From Octopus sinensis (Eukaryota), in assembly GCF_006345805.1 (NCBI RefSeq), contig NC_042997.1, positions 187,426,001 to 187,490,000 on the forward strand: DNA of 64,000 nucleotides, read 5' to 3'. Of this stretch, positions 52,520 to 64,000 are shown piece after piece (positions within the stretch are counted from its first letter, which is position 1; each line of letters starts with the position of its first letter). The notes under the pieces were generated by a model, which was not told the DNA's origin, made no database searches, and saw only the letters and a program-made list of their open reading frames with translations. Both the position numbers and the translations under genes were made by a program.

Positions 52520-52975
52520 ATATGTATGTATGTATGTATGTATGTATATATATATATGTTTATGTGTATGTATATGTGTGTGTGTATATGTGTGTATGTA
52601 TGTGTGTATATGTGTGTATGTATATATGTGTGTGTGTATATATATGTGTGTGTATGTATATATATGTGTGTGTATGTATATATATGTGTGTATATATATG
52701 TGTGTGTGTGTATATATATGTGTGTATATGTATGTGTGTGTATATATGTGTGTGTGTGTATGTATGAGTATGTATATATATATGTGTGTGTGTATGTATA
52801 TATATATGTGTGTGTATGTATATATATATGTGTGTGTGTATATATATATATATATGTGTGTGTGTGTATGTATATATATATGTGTGTGTATGTATATATA
52901 TATATATGTGTGTGTGTATGTATATATATATATATATATGTGTGTATGTATGTATGTGTGTGTGTGTGTACTCAT
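52520..52975. repeat. Compound (TG)/(TA)/(TATG) microsatellite, ~455 bp
   Basis: Direct inspection. It is the source of several spurious CV/YI/HT ORFs. Confidence 0.97.
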
Positions 52976-54847
52976 TTGTGTGTGCATACATGCATTTACA
53001 CATAAATGCTTTTATGTAAACAAACTATTTCTTAGCTATATTTCACAATTTGTACTGAGTATTTTGCTTACATAAAACCATTAGACTATGCAAATACTAA
53101 CTCCTAACTCTTATACTAAGTTAAGTTAGCATCAATTAGCTAGGTGCCAAAAAAAAAAAAAAAATGGAATGTATTCTAGCTGCTGTATTTTTATTCACTT
53201 GCAGAAGCAAACTGTAGCTAAGCAATATCTGAAATGTCAACTGTCTGTTTCCGATATTCGGGTTATGAATATCGTGGCAGCCAATGAAATGTATTCTCAA
53301 GATGATGGCCCTATTAATTGATAGTTGTAAGCCCAGTCATTGATAGATAAAACTGCTGAATCACCTTCAGTTATCATCATCATTTCAATTTATGCTAATA
53401 TTATATTTAGGTTTAAATGTTACTCTTTCCATCTAACCAAGCCTATCCCAGACTTTCGGTATTTGTGATATTCCTCATGCTCAAAGTCTTACGGTGACAT
53501 TTTATTAAATTTAGATCTTATTAAAAAAAGATTAATCTGTAGCCTTCTTTTATTTAATGTTTGCATATTGTACCTCTAAATATTTGCCTCGCACTCCCTA
53601 CTTTTTTAAATGATTTGTCTTATTTCACCACCCCTTGGGTTTTAAAAGGGATTTTGAAATTTAAAAATGGAACTGAAATTCATGACGTACATGAGAAAAG
53701 AAACCAATCCAGGGTATTTCAACAATAGTTAAGGGTTGATGTTTATAGACCTAATATTATTGTTGTAGTGACCTCAATAAAAGTTCAGTGTTGCAATTTG
53801 AGTTGAAGTACTTCTATTTGTTTTCCTGTGTTTGGTTGTTCCTCAGATCCAGTTTATTTAGATGAGTAGGATTAGCTGTACCAAGCAGATGTGGAACAGA
53901 ATGTGGAGTACCATTGCAAGTTTTATGTCCAAGTTACAATATTATTGGACCTTGCCAGGGAAGCATAACCAACCTCAAACCTGCTTAGTTAGTGGACAGA
54001 GGTTTTTTTTTTTTATCTCAAAGAAGAATTTTTTTTCTTATTTTCCTTAGCTCTCATTTATTAATTCTGCAAATTGCTGCTAGCAAATACGTTTTATAAC
54101 TCTTTTTCTATGTAAAATCTCTGTTGCCTAATGAAACAGGCTCCACTAATGAGACCCAATAAGAATGGAACCTGTCCATAGCATTCAGTTTGCCTGCTAA
54201 CAAAAAATCAGCTATTCCACTTATTTGATTATCTCGCCTTTGTTTTCCTTCTCAAACTTGGATTAATTGGTTTTCCTCTGTGTGTGCATGTGTATGCAAA
54301 TTAGTACATCAGCTCTTCATTGAGTCGCTTGATTTTATCATATTATATGTCTCTTAACATGTGCAGTTTAAGTTCAGTTGCCATGAAGAGAATAGAATCT
54401 AAAACTAAAGGGGATACAGCTTATCAAAGCATCCATTGTTTGACTGGTTCAGTTTTATTTATTCATACATTTTATATTGTAATTGAATTGGTGCACAAAT
54501 AATAGTGTCATAAGTTTCCAACACACTAATAATACTTGGTTCACTGCATTTCTGGCAGTGAGAATGACAATGGTGCATTTGTAATACAGTTTAGAACAAA
54601 TATCACCAGAGTTTTAGTTTGTAAAGCACCAGTTCTCACGATATACTTTGGGGAATGATATACGCACATTATCATAATTTCACTATCACCATCTTCATTT
54701 TAATACCCATGGGTCAGAAGTAATAGCTTCTCTATTGCTGGGTGCCCTTCTTGTCACCAGGAATAGTTACTGCGTTGTTTTTCTCCAGATAAACTAACAT
54801 CTGACTGTTCAAAAGAGACTTATAACTAGTAGCAACTTCTCTTGAAA

Positions 54848-55818
54848 ATCGACAAAATTTGGCATCGTGGTGTTATCAAGTAGCTACGGAAAAAGGGTTT
54901 AGCCCCCATTGACATTCATGCTGACATGGTTGCTACATTAGGGGATGATGCTCCAGCTTTGTCAATGGTGCAAAAGTGGGCAGCTGAATTTAGGATGGTA
55001 AGAGAGGGTTCTGAAGATGATGCAAGGTCTGCACGTCCTGCAACTGCCATCATGTAAGAAAACCTTGATTGTGTTCACCACATGGTGATGGATGACAGCC
55101 ATTTAACTATAAATTAAATAGCCAATGCTATTAGCTTTTCCATGAGAGAGTTGAGAATATTTTGCACAATGAACTCAGCATGATGAGGGTTTTTGTTCAG
55201 TGATACACCAGGCTGATCACACCATGGGAAAATCTGACATTGTTTAAGGCAAATCCTGCTGGTTTCCTTAAACATTTCCTAACCCAGGATTAGTGTTGGC
55301 TTCATCAGTTTGAGCCAGAGACAATCTATGGAGTAGAAACATCCTTCCTCACCTGCTGCAAAGAAGGCCAAGTACACTTCATCTGCAGGGAAGGTGATGG
55401 CTTCTGTTTTTTGGGATACAAAAGGCATTGTGTTTATTGACTAGCTTCAAAAAGGTCACACGATCAATAGAGAGCACTATGCGAACTTGCTGAGGCAGTT
55501 ATGAAAGGCTTTCAAGATCAAATGCCCAGGAAAACTAACAGAAAGGGTCTTGTTTCATCAGGACAATGCTCCAGCACACAAGTTCTGGCTTTCAATGACT
55601 GCTGTGCATGACTGTAGCTTTGAACTGGTTGATCACCCTCTCTATTCTTGTAATTTGATTCCATCTATCATCTGTACCCTAACATGAAAAACCACTTGGC
55701 TGAGTATCTGTATCACAGTTATGATGATGTCATACCTGCTGTTGATGGCTTTTTTGATCAACAGCATGTTTTCACCAATGCAATCCAAACACTACAACAC
55801 CAATGGAAGAATTGTGTG
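54848..55818 (+). pseudogene. Decayed mariner (Tc1/mariner) transposase
   Basis: Conceptual translation IDKIWHRGVIK*LRKKGLAPIDIHADMVATLGDDAPALSMVQKWAAEF...EDDARSARPATA, then TQD*CWLHQFEPET, SAGKVMASVFWDTKGIVFID, HQDNAPAH, ...QHQWKNCV. Start codon is lost, there are several stops and frameshifts, the third catalytic Asp region is disrupted and no 3' TIR was seen. Confidence 0.92.
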
Positions 55819-55847
55819 CTCATGTATTTGTGTGTTTGTGTGTGAAC

Positions 55848-55949
55848 CCCAGGCTATGGCAGAAAACTTACCCAAAGTATTGCGCAGTGGGATTGAACCC
55901 TGGAACCTTAAAGCTGCAAAAAGAACTTGTTAACCATTCAGCTATGCCT
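55848..55949 (-). mobile_element. SINE B/C head fragment abutting the truncated mariner end
   Basis: acttacccaaagtattgcgcagtgggattgaaccc..aaccattcagctatgcc. Confidence 0.7.
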
Positions 55950-56440
55950 GAATGTGAAAAATTTTAAACTACTTGGTAATAAATTAGAATCTCTTCTAAA
56001 ATGTACCTTACCCATTATTTTTTATTTCCTACATGATGATTATTTGTAAATATTAATTAAAAGTCAATAGTTTAATACATATGTGTGTATTCTTTATTCG
56101 TGGGTTAACCAGACTACCATTGGCTTCTTGTTGAGAAGGACATCTCTGAACTATTATTCAAGTCTGTCACATAGGATGTTGTGTTTGTCTACATTTGGAT
56201 GAAAACAACAAAATCACAGTAGTGAAGGTTGTTTACAGATAAGTTATGGATGAGACAGCCTTAACTTTTTAGTAACAGAATTTGAGGAAAGTTGTGTTAG
56301 CCCGTATAAGCAAAGGTTATATTATGAAATTCTTGAGTTTGGATAAGCTTTTATATACCATGAGGAAAAGAGAAATCTTACATTTATAAAATTGATCATT
56401 TGCCTCAGGATGAAACAATTTTTCTCAGGCATACAGTCAA

Positions 56441-56634
56441 TGTTATGGTGAGAATCATGACACCCCCCTGTGAGAATGGACTAGCTGAACTCGTATAAGT
56501 AGCAGCGTGTTTGACTGAAAGATAGAGAGAGAAATCACAGTAAGTTGAAAGGTGTCATTTGTGAGTTCATGGAGTCGGAGGAAATTATAGAAAAGTTGTT
56601 ATAGTTCAATGTGAGTTGTTTTGGATTGGTAACA
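56441..56634 (+). mobile_element. Candidate 5' LTR of the Gypsy remnant
   Basis: 194-bp segment with TGTTA...TAACA inverted termini and an internal tataag. It is followed by gttgttggcag (PBS-like TGG) and lies about 70 bp upstream of RT sequence. There is no second LTR to confirm it. Confidence 0.4.
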
Positions 56635-56704
56635 GTTGTTGGCAGAGTATTTGGGAATACATCAAGTGGAGACAGTTGGTGCCTACCCAGTTCTGTAGTA
56701 TTGT

Positions 56705-57270
56705 ATAATACTCATTTGGTCTAAAGGTCACACTTGCAATTTTTCAACAGGTTATGGATGCAATGTTAGCAGATTGAATTCACAATTCCATACCTGGATG
56801 ATTAAAAGTGAATCTCATGATCAGCACGTCGAGCATGTAAAGTGTGTTTTTGAAATAGTAAGAGATTATGGTTTCACACTGAGTGAAGAAAAATGTGAAT
56901 TTTTTTAACTAAAATTAAATATTTAGGACAAATTATCAACAGGAATGGATGATGGCCGGACCCGCTGAGGGCAGATGCAATTAAAAATATGCCTCCTCTA
57001 TAATGACTTTACAAGCTTTTCTAGGTCTAACAAATTATTATCAAAATTATACACCAAAACTGCATGAATTGAGAGCTCCACTAAATAATTTGCTAAAAAA
57101 GGATGTGAAGTGGAATTGGTCAACTAATTGTCAAAAGATGTTTGATGATATTAAAAAAATATAAATGTTGGATTTGTCACTGGCTCATTTTGATCCTGCA
57201 GCGGTGATTGTTGTAGCTTCTAACACTTTTGAATACAGCATAGGAGCAATAATGCTACAAAAATTTGTGG
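56705..57270 (+). pseudogene. Ty3/Gypsy LTR-retrotransposon pol remnant (RT palm/thumb to start of RNase H)
   Basis: Frameshifted segments FGLKVTLAIFQQVMDAMLAD, PYLDD, HVEHVKCVFEIVRDYGFTLSEEKCEFF, KIKYLGQII, LQAFLGLTNYYQNYTPKLHELRAPLNNLLKKDVKWNWS and LAHFDPAAVIVVASNTFEYSIGAIMLQK. These correspond to the YLDD and FLGLxNYY motifs and the DAS-like RNase H motif. Confidence 0.92.
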
Positions 57271-57398
57271 GAACATGGCAGAAAAACAGGGTGCTGAACA
57301 AAATATTTTACTCTGCTTTGCTAAGTCTTAGTTCTCATTTCAACATGGTGACTTTGCTTTAAGTCTTCCAATGTCAATAGAATAAGTACAAGCCAAAA

Positions 57399-57630
57399 GG
57401 CGGCAAGCTGGTAGAATCGTTAGCATGCCGGGTGAAATGCTTAGCGGTATTTCGTCTACCGCTATGTTCTGAGTTCAAATTCCGCTTAGGTCAACTTTGC
57501 CTTTCATTCTTTCGGGGTCGATTAAATAAGTACAAGTTATGCACTGGGGTTGATATAATCGACTTAATCCATTTGTCTGTCTTTATTTGTCCCTTCTGTG
57601 TGTAGCCAGCCCCTTGTGGGCAGTAAAGAA
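57399..57630 (+). mobile_element. SINE A variant with target-site duplication
   Basis: Full head and core. Flanked by aataagtacaagccaa (57381-96) and aataagtacaagtcaa (57630-45), a 16-bp TSD with one mismatch. Confidence 0.9.
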
Positions 57631-57970
57631 ATAAGTACAAGTCAAGTTTAGGATTGAATAAAGTTAACTACACATTTCTTTCAGAATTTGTGACTTTGTA
57701 CCAACATTGTAAATTTGTTACTTATCAGAAATTTTTGAGTAATTATTGGAAAAAATATCGCATGACACATTTTCTGTTGAAAATTTGTTTTACTAAAAGT
57801 ATTTAACTTACAGATTTGGAATTTATGTAATGTTTCTTTCCAACTGAACAGAAAACATAACAACACATAACAACACTATGCCTTGACTTATTGTTTGTGT
57901 GTATATGAAAATATATTTGTAAATTTTAAAATTTTCTGCTTACTTAATTTATTAATTTTATTTTTTGTAG

Positions 57971-58076
57971 AAAAATGTCGTGATGCATTAGGTATGCAGA
58001 CAATGGAAATACCAGACACTGCAATTGTTGCCAGCTCTTCCTATGATGAAGATACTGTGGGACCAATAAATGCTCG
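57971..58076 (+). CDS. DDR: Internal coding exon: N-terminal part of a discoidin (FA58C) domain, most likely a discoidin domain receptor tyrosine kinase
   Basis: Acceptor ttttttgtag ends at 57970 and donor CG|gtaggt starts at 58077. Translation is (E)KCRDALGMQTMEIPDTAIVASSSYDEDTVGPINAR, matching the DDR pattern C..ALGM....IPD..I.ASSS.D...GP.NAR. Phase-1 start and phase-2 end at the Arg match the intron positions I recall for DDR genes. The in-frame TAG right after the donor shows it must be spliced. Other FA58C proteins cannot be fully excluded. No downstream WCP-encoding exon was seen in the window. Confidence 0.82.
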
Positions 58077-58620
58077 GTAGGTAGAAGTACACTATATACA
58101 TATATATATATCTTGATACTTAGAATGTATAATATATTTTTAATTAATTGTACCCAAACTGAGAAAATATGTTGGACTCAGAAAGTAATATTTGAACTGT
58201 ATTATATATTAGATTATATCTTAAAAACTTTAAAAACTTTCCAGTTGAAGAAAGATGAAACTCACAGCAAAATTAGCATATTAATGTCACCATAATTTTA
58301 AACTTAAAAAAATAATTCAAACAAGAAAAAAGAAAAACATTGTTTAAACAATAATGGTTTTGGTAAGAGAATTTTAGTGTGTGTATGTGTATAGCAAATA
58401 TTTCTCCAAAACCTTTACAAAGTGGAACGAGTTTGCTGTGAAGTGAAAGAGAAGTTGACATTTCAAGTTAGGCCCTTCATCAAAACATCAAACTGCTCAC
58501 AACAAACTAATTTAATCCACTTTGTGATCTTTGTGTTTGTAATATATATAGACTTTATTTACGAGATATTGTTTGTGTTCACATTCATATATATATGTAC
58601 ATATACATATATATGTGTGT

Positions 58621-58948
58621 GAAGACGCATGGCTCAGTGGTTACAGCGTCAAGCTTACGATCATGAGGTTGTGAGTTCCAATCCTGGGCCAGGCTGCCTG
58701 TTGTGTTCTTGAGCAAGACACTTTATTTCATGTTGCTCCAGTTCACTCAGCTGTAGAAATAAGTTGTGATGTCACTGGTGCCAAGATGTATCAGCCTTTG
58801 CCTTTCCCTTGGATAACACTTGTGGCGTGGAGAGGGGAGGCTGGTATGCATGGGCAACTGCTGGTCTTCCATAAAAACAACCTTGCCAGGACTTGTACCT
58901 GGGAGGGTAACTTTCTAGGTGCAATCCTATGGTCAGTCACGATCAGGG
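58621..58948 (+). mobile_element. tRNA-derived SINE family D
   Basis: A-box-like tggctcagtggtt and B-box-like gagttccaatcc, followed by cttgagcaagacactt..ctccagttcactcagctgtagaaat. Confidence 0.8.
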
Positions 58949-58972
58949 GGGGGGGTCTTCATATATATATAC

Positions 58973-59004
<32 letters not shown>

Positions 59005-59167
59005 ATGAATATGTATATATGTGTGTTACATAGGAATGACCATTAAAGTGGACACCTAATGCTAAACATAGACGTCAAATCGCCATATGTTTTGTTTATT
59101 CACCTTTATGATCAATAATGTTTACTTTACTAGAGCTGCTTTTACTTCATAATTTAATATATAAAAA

Positions 59168-59475
59168 ACGTTGCCCTTTTCAAGCCTAGCCAGGCTCATG
59201 GGCTCGGTTTCCCGGTTTCTGTGGCATATGTGTTCTCCCCAGCTGGACAGGACGCCAGTCCGTCGCAGCGTTACTCAAGAAACCGGAAGAAAGAGTGAGA
59301 GAAAGTTGGGGTGAAAGAGTACAACAGGGGTTGCTACCACCCCCTGCCGGAGCCTCGTGGAGCTTTTAGGTGTTTTCACTCAATAAACACACACAACACC
59401 TGGTCTGGGAATTGAAACTGCAATCCTCCGACCATGAGTCCACTGCCCTAACCACCGGGCCATTGCGCCTCCACA
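59168..59475 (-). mobile_element. tRNA-derived SINE family E
   Basis: Minus-strand head tgtggaggcgcaatggcccggtggttagggcagtggactc..gtttcaattccc. Tail ends ctaggcttgaaaagggcaacg. Confidence 0.8.
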
Positions 59476-60270
59476 ATTTAATATATACTGTGTATATACA
59501 TATGCATACATATATGAACATGTACAATATGTAATAAAGTGTTCTACTGTGAGTTTTTCCTTTGTCTCTCATTTCTTTTCAATCAGTAAAACATTCTAAT
59601 ATACTGGAACTGAATGCATTATGAAATGCATACTAGTTGGTGAATAAGTAAAATGTAATAAACATTTTAAAACTTTTATTAATATCACTAAAATCCTGGA
59701 GGGTTACTATAAATTTCATAACTGATTGTTGATAAACATTATCAGTATGATAGAAATATATAAATACATCAGCTTCATTGAAACAGCACACTTACACAAA
59801 TATGACATCAATTCGGTGTTAATATTGATCTGAGAAAATGTTGTACTTAACAAAAACTCATTCTTAATTAAATCTGATATTACTAATTAAACAAAGGAAT
59901 ATATCAGAAATATTCATTGACACTTATTTAAAAGAACCAAAAATTATTGATCAGTTATTTAGCATTTACCCTAAATTGTTACTATATCATAGCAATGTTT
60001 TAGCTATTTTAATCAAATAATGTAACATACTATCTCTTCATTTATTGATTTAACAGGATTTGTAAATCAGTGTTCATATATTATTCATCAAAGAAATATT
60101 AACTATTCCAATGCTGCTCACTCACACTTAGCATATTTTCAACACTTTCAGAAAATTCTTCTAATGTATTATTTGTTAGCATTTCAGTATAGTTATATCA
60201 ATTCTCATTGTGTGTGTGTGTGTGTAGGCATGTATGTACATCTATGGAGGAGAGAGAGAAAAAAAAAAGA

Positions 60271-60530
60271 AGGATGGATAAATGGTTAAGAAGTTCACTT
60301 TCCAACTACATGGCTCTAGGTTCAGTCCCACTGCATGGCCCCTTGGTCAAGTGTTTTTAATGTTAACCCGGGCTGACCAAAACCTTGTGAAACTGAAAGA
60401 AGCCTGTCGTGTGTGTGAGTGTGTCTGTGTTTGTCTCCCACTACCACTTGACAACCAGTGTTGGTTTGTTTATATCCCTGTAACTTAGTGGTTTTGCAAA
60501 AGAAACTAGTAGAATAAGTATCAGACTATG
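60271..60530 (+). mobile_element. SINE B (3'-truncated)
   Basis: ggttcagtcccactgc..ccttgtgaaactgaaagaagcctgtcg..ttgacaaccag..gtaacttagtgg..gaataagta. Confidence 0.82.
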
Positions 60531-60674
60531 ACTAAACTCTTTATGAAAGAGAAGAAAATAAAGAACTGGGATACAAGTGAAAGAGAAAGACAAAATGTAC
60601 AATACCAAATGAGATGTATGTTTTGTCTGACCCATGTTAAAATGATGGTGATTACCACATATCATCATAAAGTA

Positions 60675-60852
60675 GTTGGCGGAATCATTGGTATGCTGGG
60701 CAAACTGCTTAACATTTTATTTATCTGTACAATCTGAGTTCAAATTTTGCGAAGGTTGACATTGCCTTTCATCCTTTTGGGATCAATGAGCTCTGGGTTC
60801 AGTGTAATCGACTGCATTCCTCCTACCAAATTTCAGGCCTTGTGCCTATAGT
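60675..60852 (+). mobile_element. SINE A
   Basis: ggcggaatcattggtatgc..ctgagttcaaatttt..gcctttcatcc..aaatttcaggccttgtgcctatagta. Confidence 0.8.
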
Positions 60853-61054
60853 ACATGTCCACTTCTCTATCCTGGAATGGGATTGGGCAGATTTTCTGAT
60901 GCAGTGTTTTTTAGTTTGGATGCCCTTCCACTCGCCAATTTTATTAGCAACTTTATATAATATCCAGGGACGTAACATACCTATTCTAAAACCCAGATAT
61001 GCACAGATAAAGTATGAATGTATACATACATACAAGTGTATGTGCATGTATTTT

Positions 61055-61058
<4 letters not shown>

Positions 61059-61115
<57 letters not shown>

Positions 61116-61390
61116 CTATATATATATATATATATATATGCATGTGTATGTGTGTATTATATATATGTATACTGCATATATGTGTGTCTGCATGTGTATA
61201 TATATGCATGTGTATATATATGCATGTGTATGTGTGTATTATATATATGTATACTGCATATATGTGTGTCTGCATGTGTATATATATGCATGTGTATGTG
61301 TGTTTTATATATATGTATACTGCATATATGTGTGTCTGCATGTGTATGTATGTATATACATGTATGCATGTGTATATATTTTATACATAC
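61059..61390. repeat. (TC)n + (TA)n followed by a ~66-bp minisatellite x3
   Basis: The actgcata anchor recurs at 61171, 61253 and 61319 (spacings 82 and 66). Confidence 0.92.
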
Positions 61391-64000
61391 ACATATTAAA
61401 TAGAAGCTAATGAAGATGAAATTTTCTGTTATTTTTCTCTGTATTCATTAATTTGTATTGAACAGTTAGATTAAATTATAGCCTTTGCCAGATATAAAAC
61501 TATATGCAAGTGTTCCTTGCTTGCGCTTGTAACTTCCATTTCTTTTAGGCTAATATTTTGGCTTCCCTGCTGAGATTCAGAAGGTTTGCAGGCAATTGAA
61601 AATATAATTGAATTTTTCAGACTATGCTCTGGTTCCTGTGCCAGATGATGAAATCTTTGTCAGCAAACCTAAAATGTTTTCGTTAATTAAAATACTCCAA
61701 CTGAATAAAATGGGTTAGGAATTGTATTCTTTTTTTTATGCTTCATTAATTTTAATTTTATTCTCAAGATAGCTTCATAAATGGTCACTTGAAACATGAA
61801 TAAATTAAATATATTGAGTAAAATCAATTCTGAAGCTGTGTATTCTTGTATATTCAGAAATTATAAAAACAATGAGAAAAAGGGTAACTATATATTTAGA
61901 AATCATTTAAAGAAATTGATTTAACATTCCAAAGAGGAGAAGTAAAACAAAAGCAAATGCATTCTGTTCCACTCTGCTAATGTTTCTTTATACACTGAGA
62001 TACATACACAAATCCATACGTATAAAGTAGTCCCTTCAATCTCCTGCATCATATTTGTTGTTGTTCTTCTTTTGCTTCTTCTTCTTTTTATTATTATTAT
62101 TATTGGGCAGTAAACAGTTAGGCACAAAGATGACAGTTTTAACGAAATCTTTAAAGTATGGAGGAAGGTTGGGGAGAGAAAAAAAAAATCAATATTTCCC
62201 CTAATTAAGAAAGGATTGTAAGCAATTTAATCAATAGCAAGGAAGAATGCAGTTGAATTCCATCTCCTTTCTTTCCAGAAAAATGAGAAAAAAAATAAGG
62301 TTTCTTGTACATTTGCTACTTTTGCTTTCTTTGTATCATATTCTTTCTCTCACTTGGAATTTCCTTGGACAAAGAGAAAGTAATAACATTAAATTGACAA
62401 AGATTTTCTATAGTCATAGAGGCTTAAGCAATTCTGAACTGAAAGTTAAATTTGATTAAGGAATGAAAAAAACAGAAAAAAAGAGGATTTATTTTTGTTT
62501 CTTTTCATTCCTAGCTTTTTTAAAAATATTTTTACTTGCTTTCTGACTTGCTTGTATTGGAATATTCTAAAACTGAATTAAAATTACGCAAAGGGTAAAT
62601 TCTTAGGTGATTAAAAGTGGCATGTAGTTTTGTTTGTGCAGCTAGTTTTCATCATACTGCTAATGATAATAACTTAAAGTTGATAAACCCCCATCAAACT
62701 TGGAAAACTAGAATGAATCTATTAAGATGTGATTGATTTTTCTTAGTAGCATATCAAATTATGAGAATTGTATTGTAGTTGTGCAGAGTACTGAAATACC
62801 ATGTTGATGACCAGGATGTCAGAAAGTTAAGCTGTTGTCTTCTTTATATATGTCAGCCAACTATCTGATAAATTAAGTGAACACTGGGACACTATTTCTT
62901 TATATTATTGACAGAAAAACACATTAAAATTAAATCTGCATTCAGTGATGCTAGTTATTGAAAATTCAATTCAATACAGAAAAATACTAGCTCTTTGTAT
63001 AGTTTGTTGAATAAATTGCTATAATGATAATGATATGAAAAATGTTTTGAAAATATGAATCATTTCTATGAAACTGCAAATAATTACTTTAATTTTAGGT
63101 AATACTTTAGCTGATTGTACATTATTAGATTTCAATATCATTATATTTATTAGAGCCAAGGTTTAATTGACTTGTTCCAAGATCAACAAACAATCAACCA
63201 CAACTATTTTAATGACTGTAAAGGATGAGAATAAAACAGAGGTAGTCAGAGGTAAGGGGGAAAAAAAGAGAGGATTTTTTAAGTAAATCTTAGAATTAAA
63301 GAGGAAAAAAACTACAAAATTGCCATATTAAAGCCTTAGTATTGAAAGAACACAGTAAGGGGAGTTATGTCAATTTTGAATTTAAAACTTCACATCTTTT
63401 TAGAATTTTCCATATTCTCTACTATGTGTGTACGCATGTGTCATACAGTCAAACACATAAATTTACAGATGTACACCGTGAATGCACTCACACTCCATTG
63501 GTTTTAATGATGAGTATTCCAATTGTTTGATCAACTGGACTACTTACTTAGTGAATTATAGTGCAAATGGCTAAGGATTCCACTGACTCTTAGACCCTTA
63601 ACACAATCCTCAGATTCAGCATGTTACTGTGTGAGAAGGCTGACCTTTTGATTTTCAGGTACAGTTCATTTGACAAGCTTCCACACAGTTTGGGTCTACA
63701 CCATTTCACTAACAAAACTTGAGCTGTCACAAGGCAATGATAGAGGATAATTGTCAAAGATGTCATATGACAGAATTTAACTCAAGGCATCTAGATAATG
63801 ATGTAAATTTCTTCATCAACCACACACACACACACATATATTGTACTGTTTTTATACCAATGACCAGTTAGATGTCTCTTTGCTTCCATCTATTTTTAAA
63901 ATTCCAAGACTATTTGCTTTTAGTTAAAGAATGTTGTTTGCTACCTTCTAATATTTAAATTATGAAGGAAGTCGAATCTTAAAAGTCTAGAAATGAATGC

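Noticed and set aside
52442-53075. Long ORFs of 147-181 aa on both strands
   Set aside because: They are translations of (TG)/(TA) microsatellite (CV/YI/HT repeats) and have no coding signature.
58621-58700. tRNA-gene-like A/B boxes (also at 59400-59475 and other SINE heads)
   Set aside because: These are tRNA-derived SINE heads. There is no complete cloverleaf and they continue into SINE bodies.
60823-61410. ORFs of 129-185 aa with RE/SL/YI repeats
   Set aside because: They come from (TC)n, (TA)n, the minisatellite and SINE sequence.

Overview
AT-rich, microsatellite-dense eukaryotic DNA. The repeat families match those I recall from octopus (coleoid cephalopod) genomes; this is recalled knowledge, not a search result. 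The window is almost entirely non-coding. The only well-supported host coding exon is a 106-nt phase-1/phase-2 exon at 57971-58076 (+). It encodes the start of a discoidin (FA58C) domain, (E)KCRDALGMQTMEIPDTAIVASSSYDEDTVGPINAR, typical of discoidin domain receptor tyrosine kinases. A weak candidate signal-peptide exon at 10462-10573 would imply a ~47 kb intron. The rest is tRNA-derived SINEs of several families, TTAA/CCC MITEs, a hAT-type MITE, a mariner MITE, a decayed mariner transposase, a Gypsy RT-RNaseH remnant, a non-autonomous Helitron and micro/minisatellites. The most unusual observations are: (1) a ~200-bp repeat embedded in (TA)n, in two copies, carrying a minimal hammerhead-ribozyme-like fold; (2) a 146-bp templated insertion of nearby intronic DNA into a MITE; (3) a ~380-bp fold-back inverted duplication; (4) a near-perfect 1.55-kb tandem duplication bounded by (TA)n; (5) a triple-nested transposon; (6) a CpG-retained to CpG-depleted transition near 9-10 kb. 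Nearly all ORFs in the supplied track are microsatellite or SINE artefacts. SINE family labels A-E and MITE labels P1/P2 are my own. Repeat boundaries are approximate unless termini are quoted.
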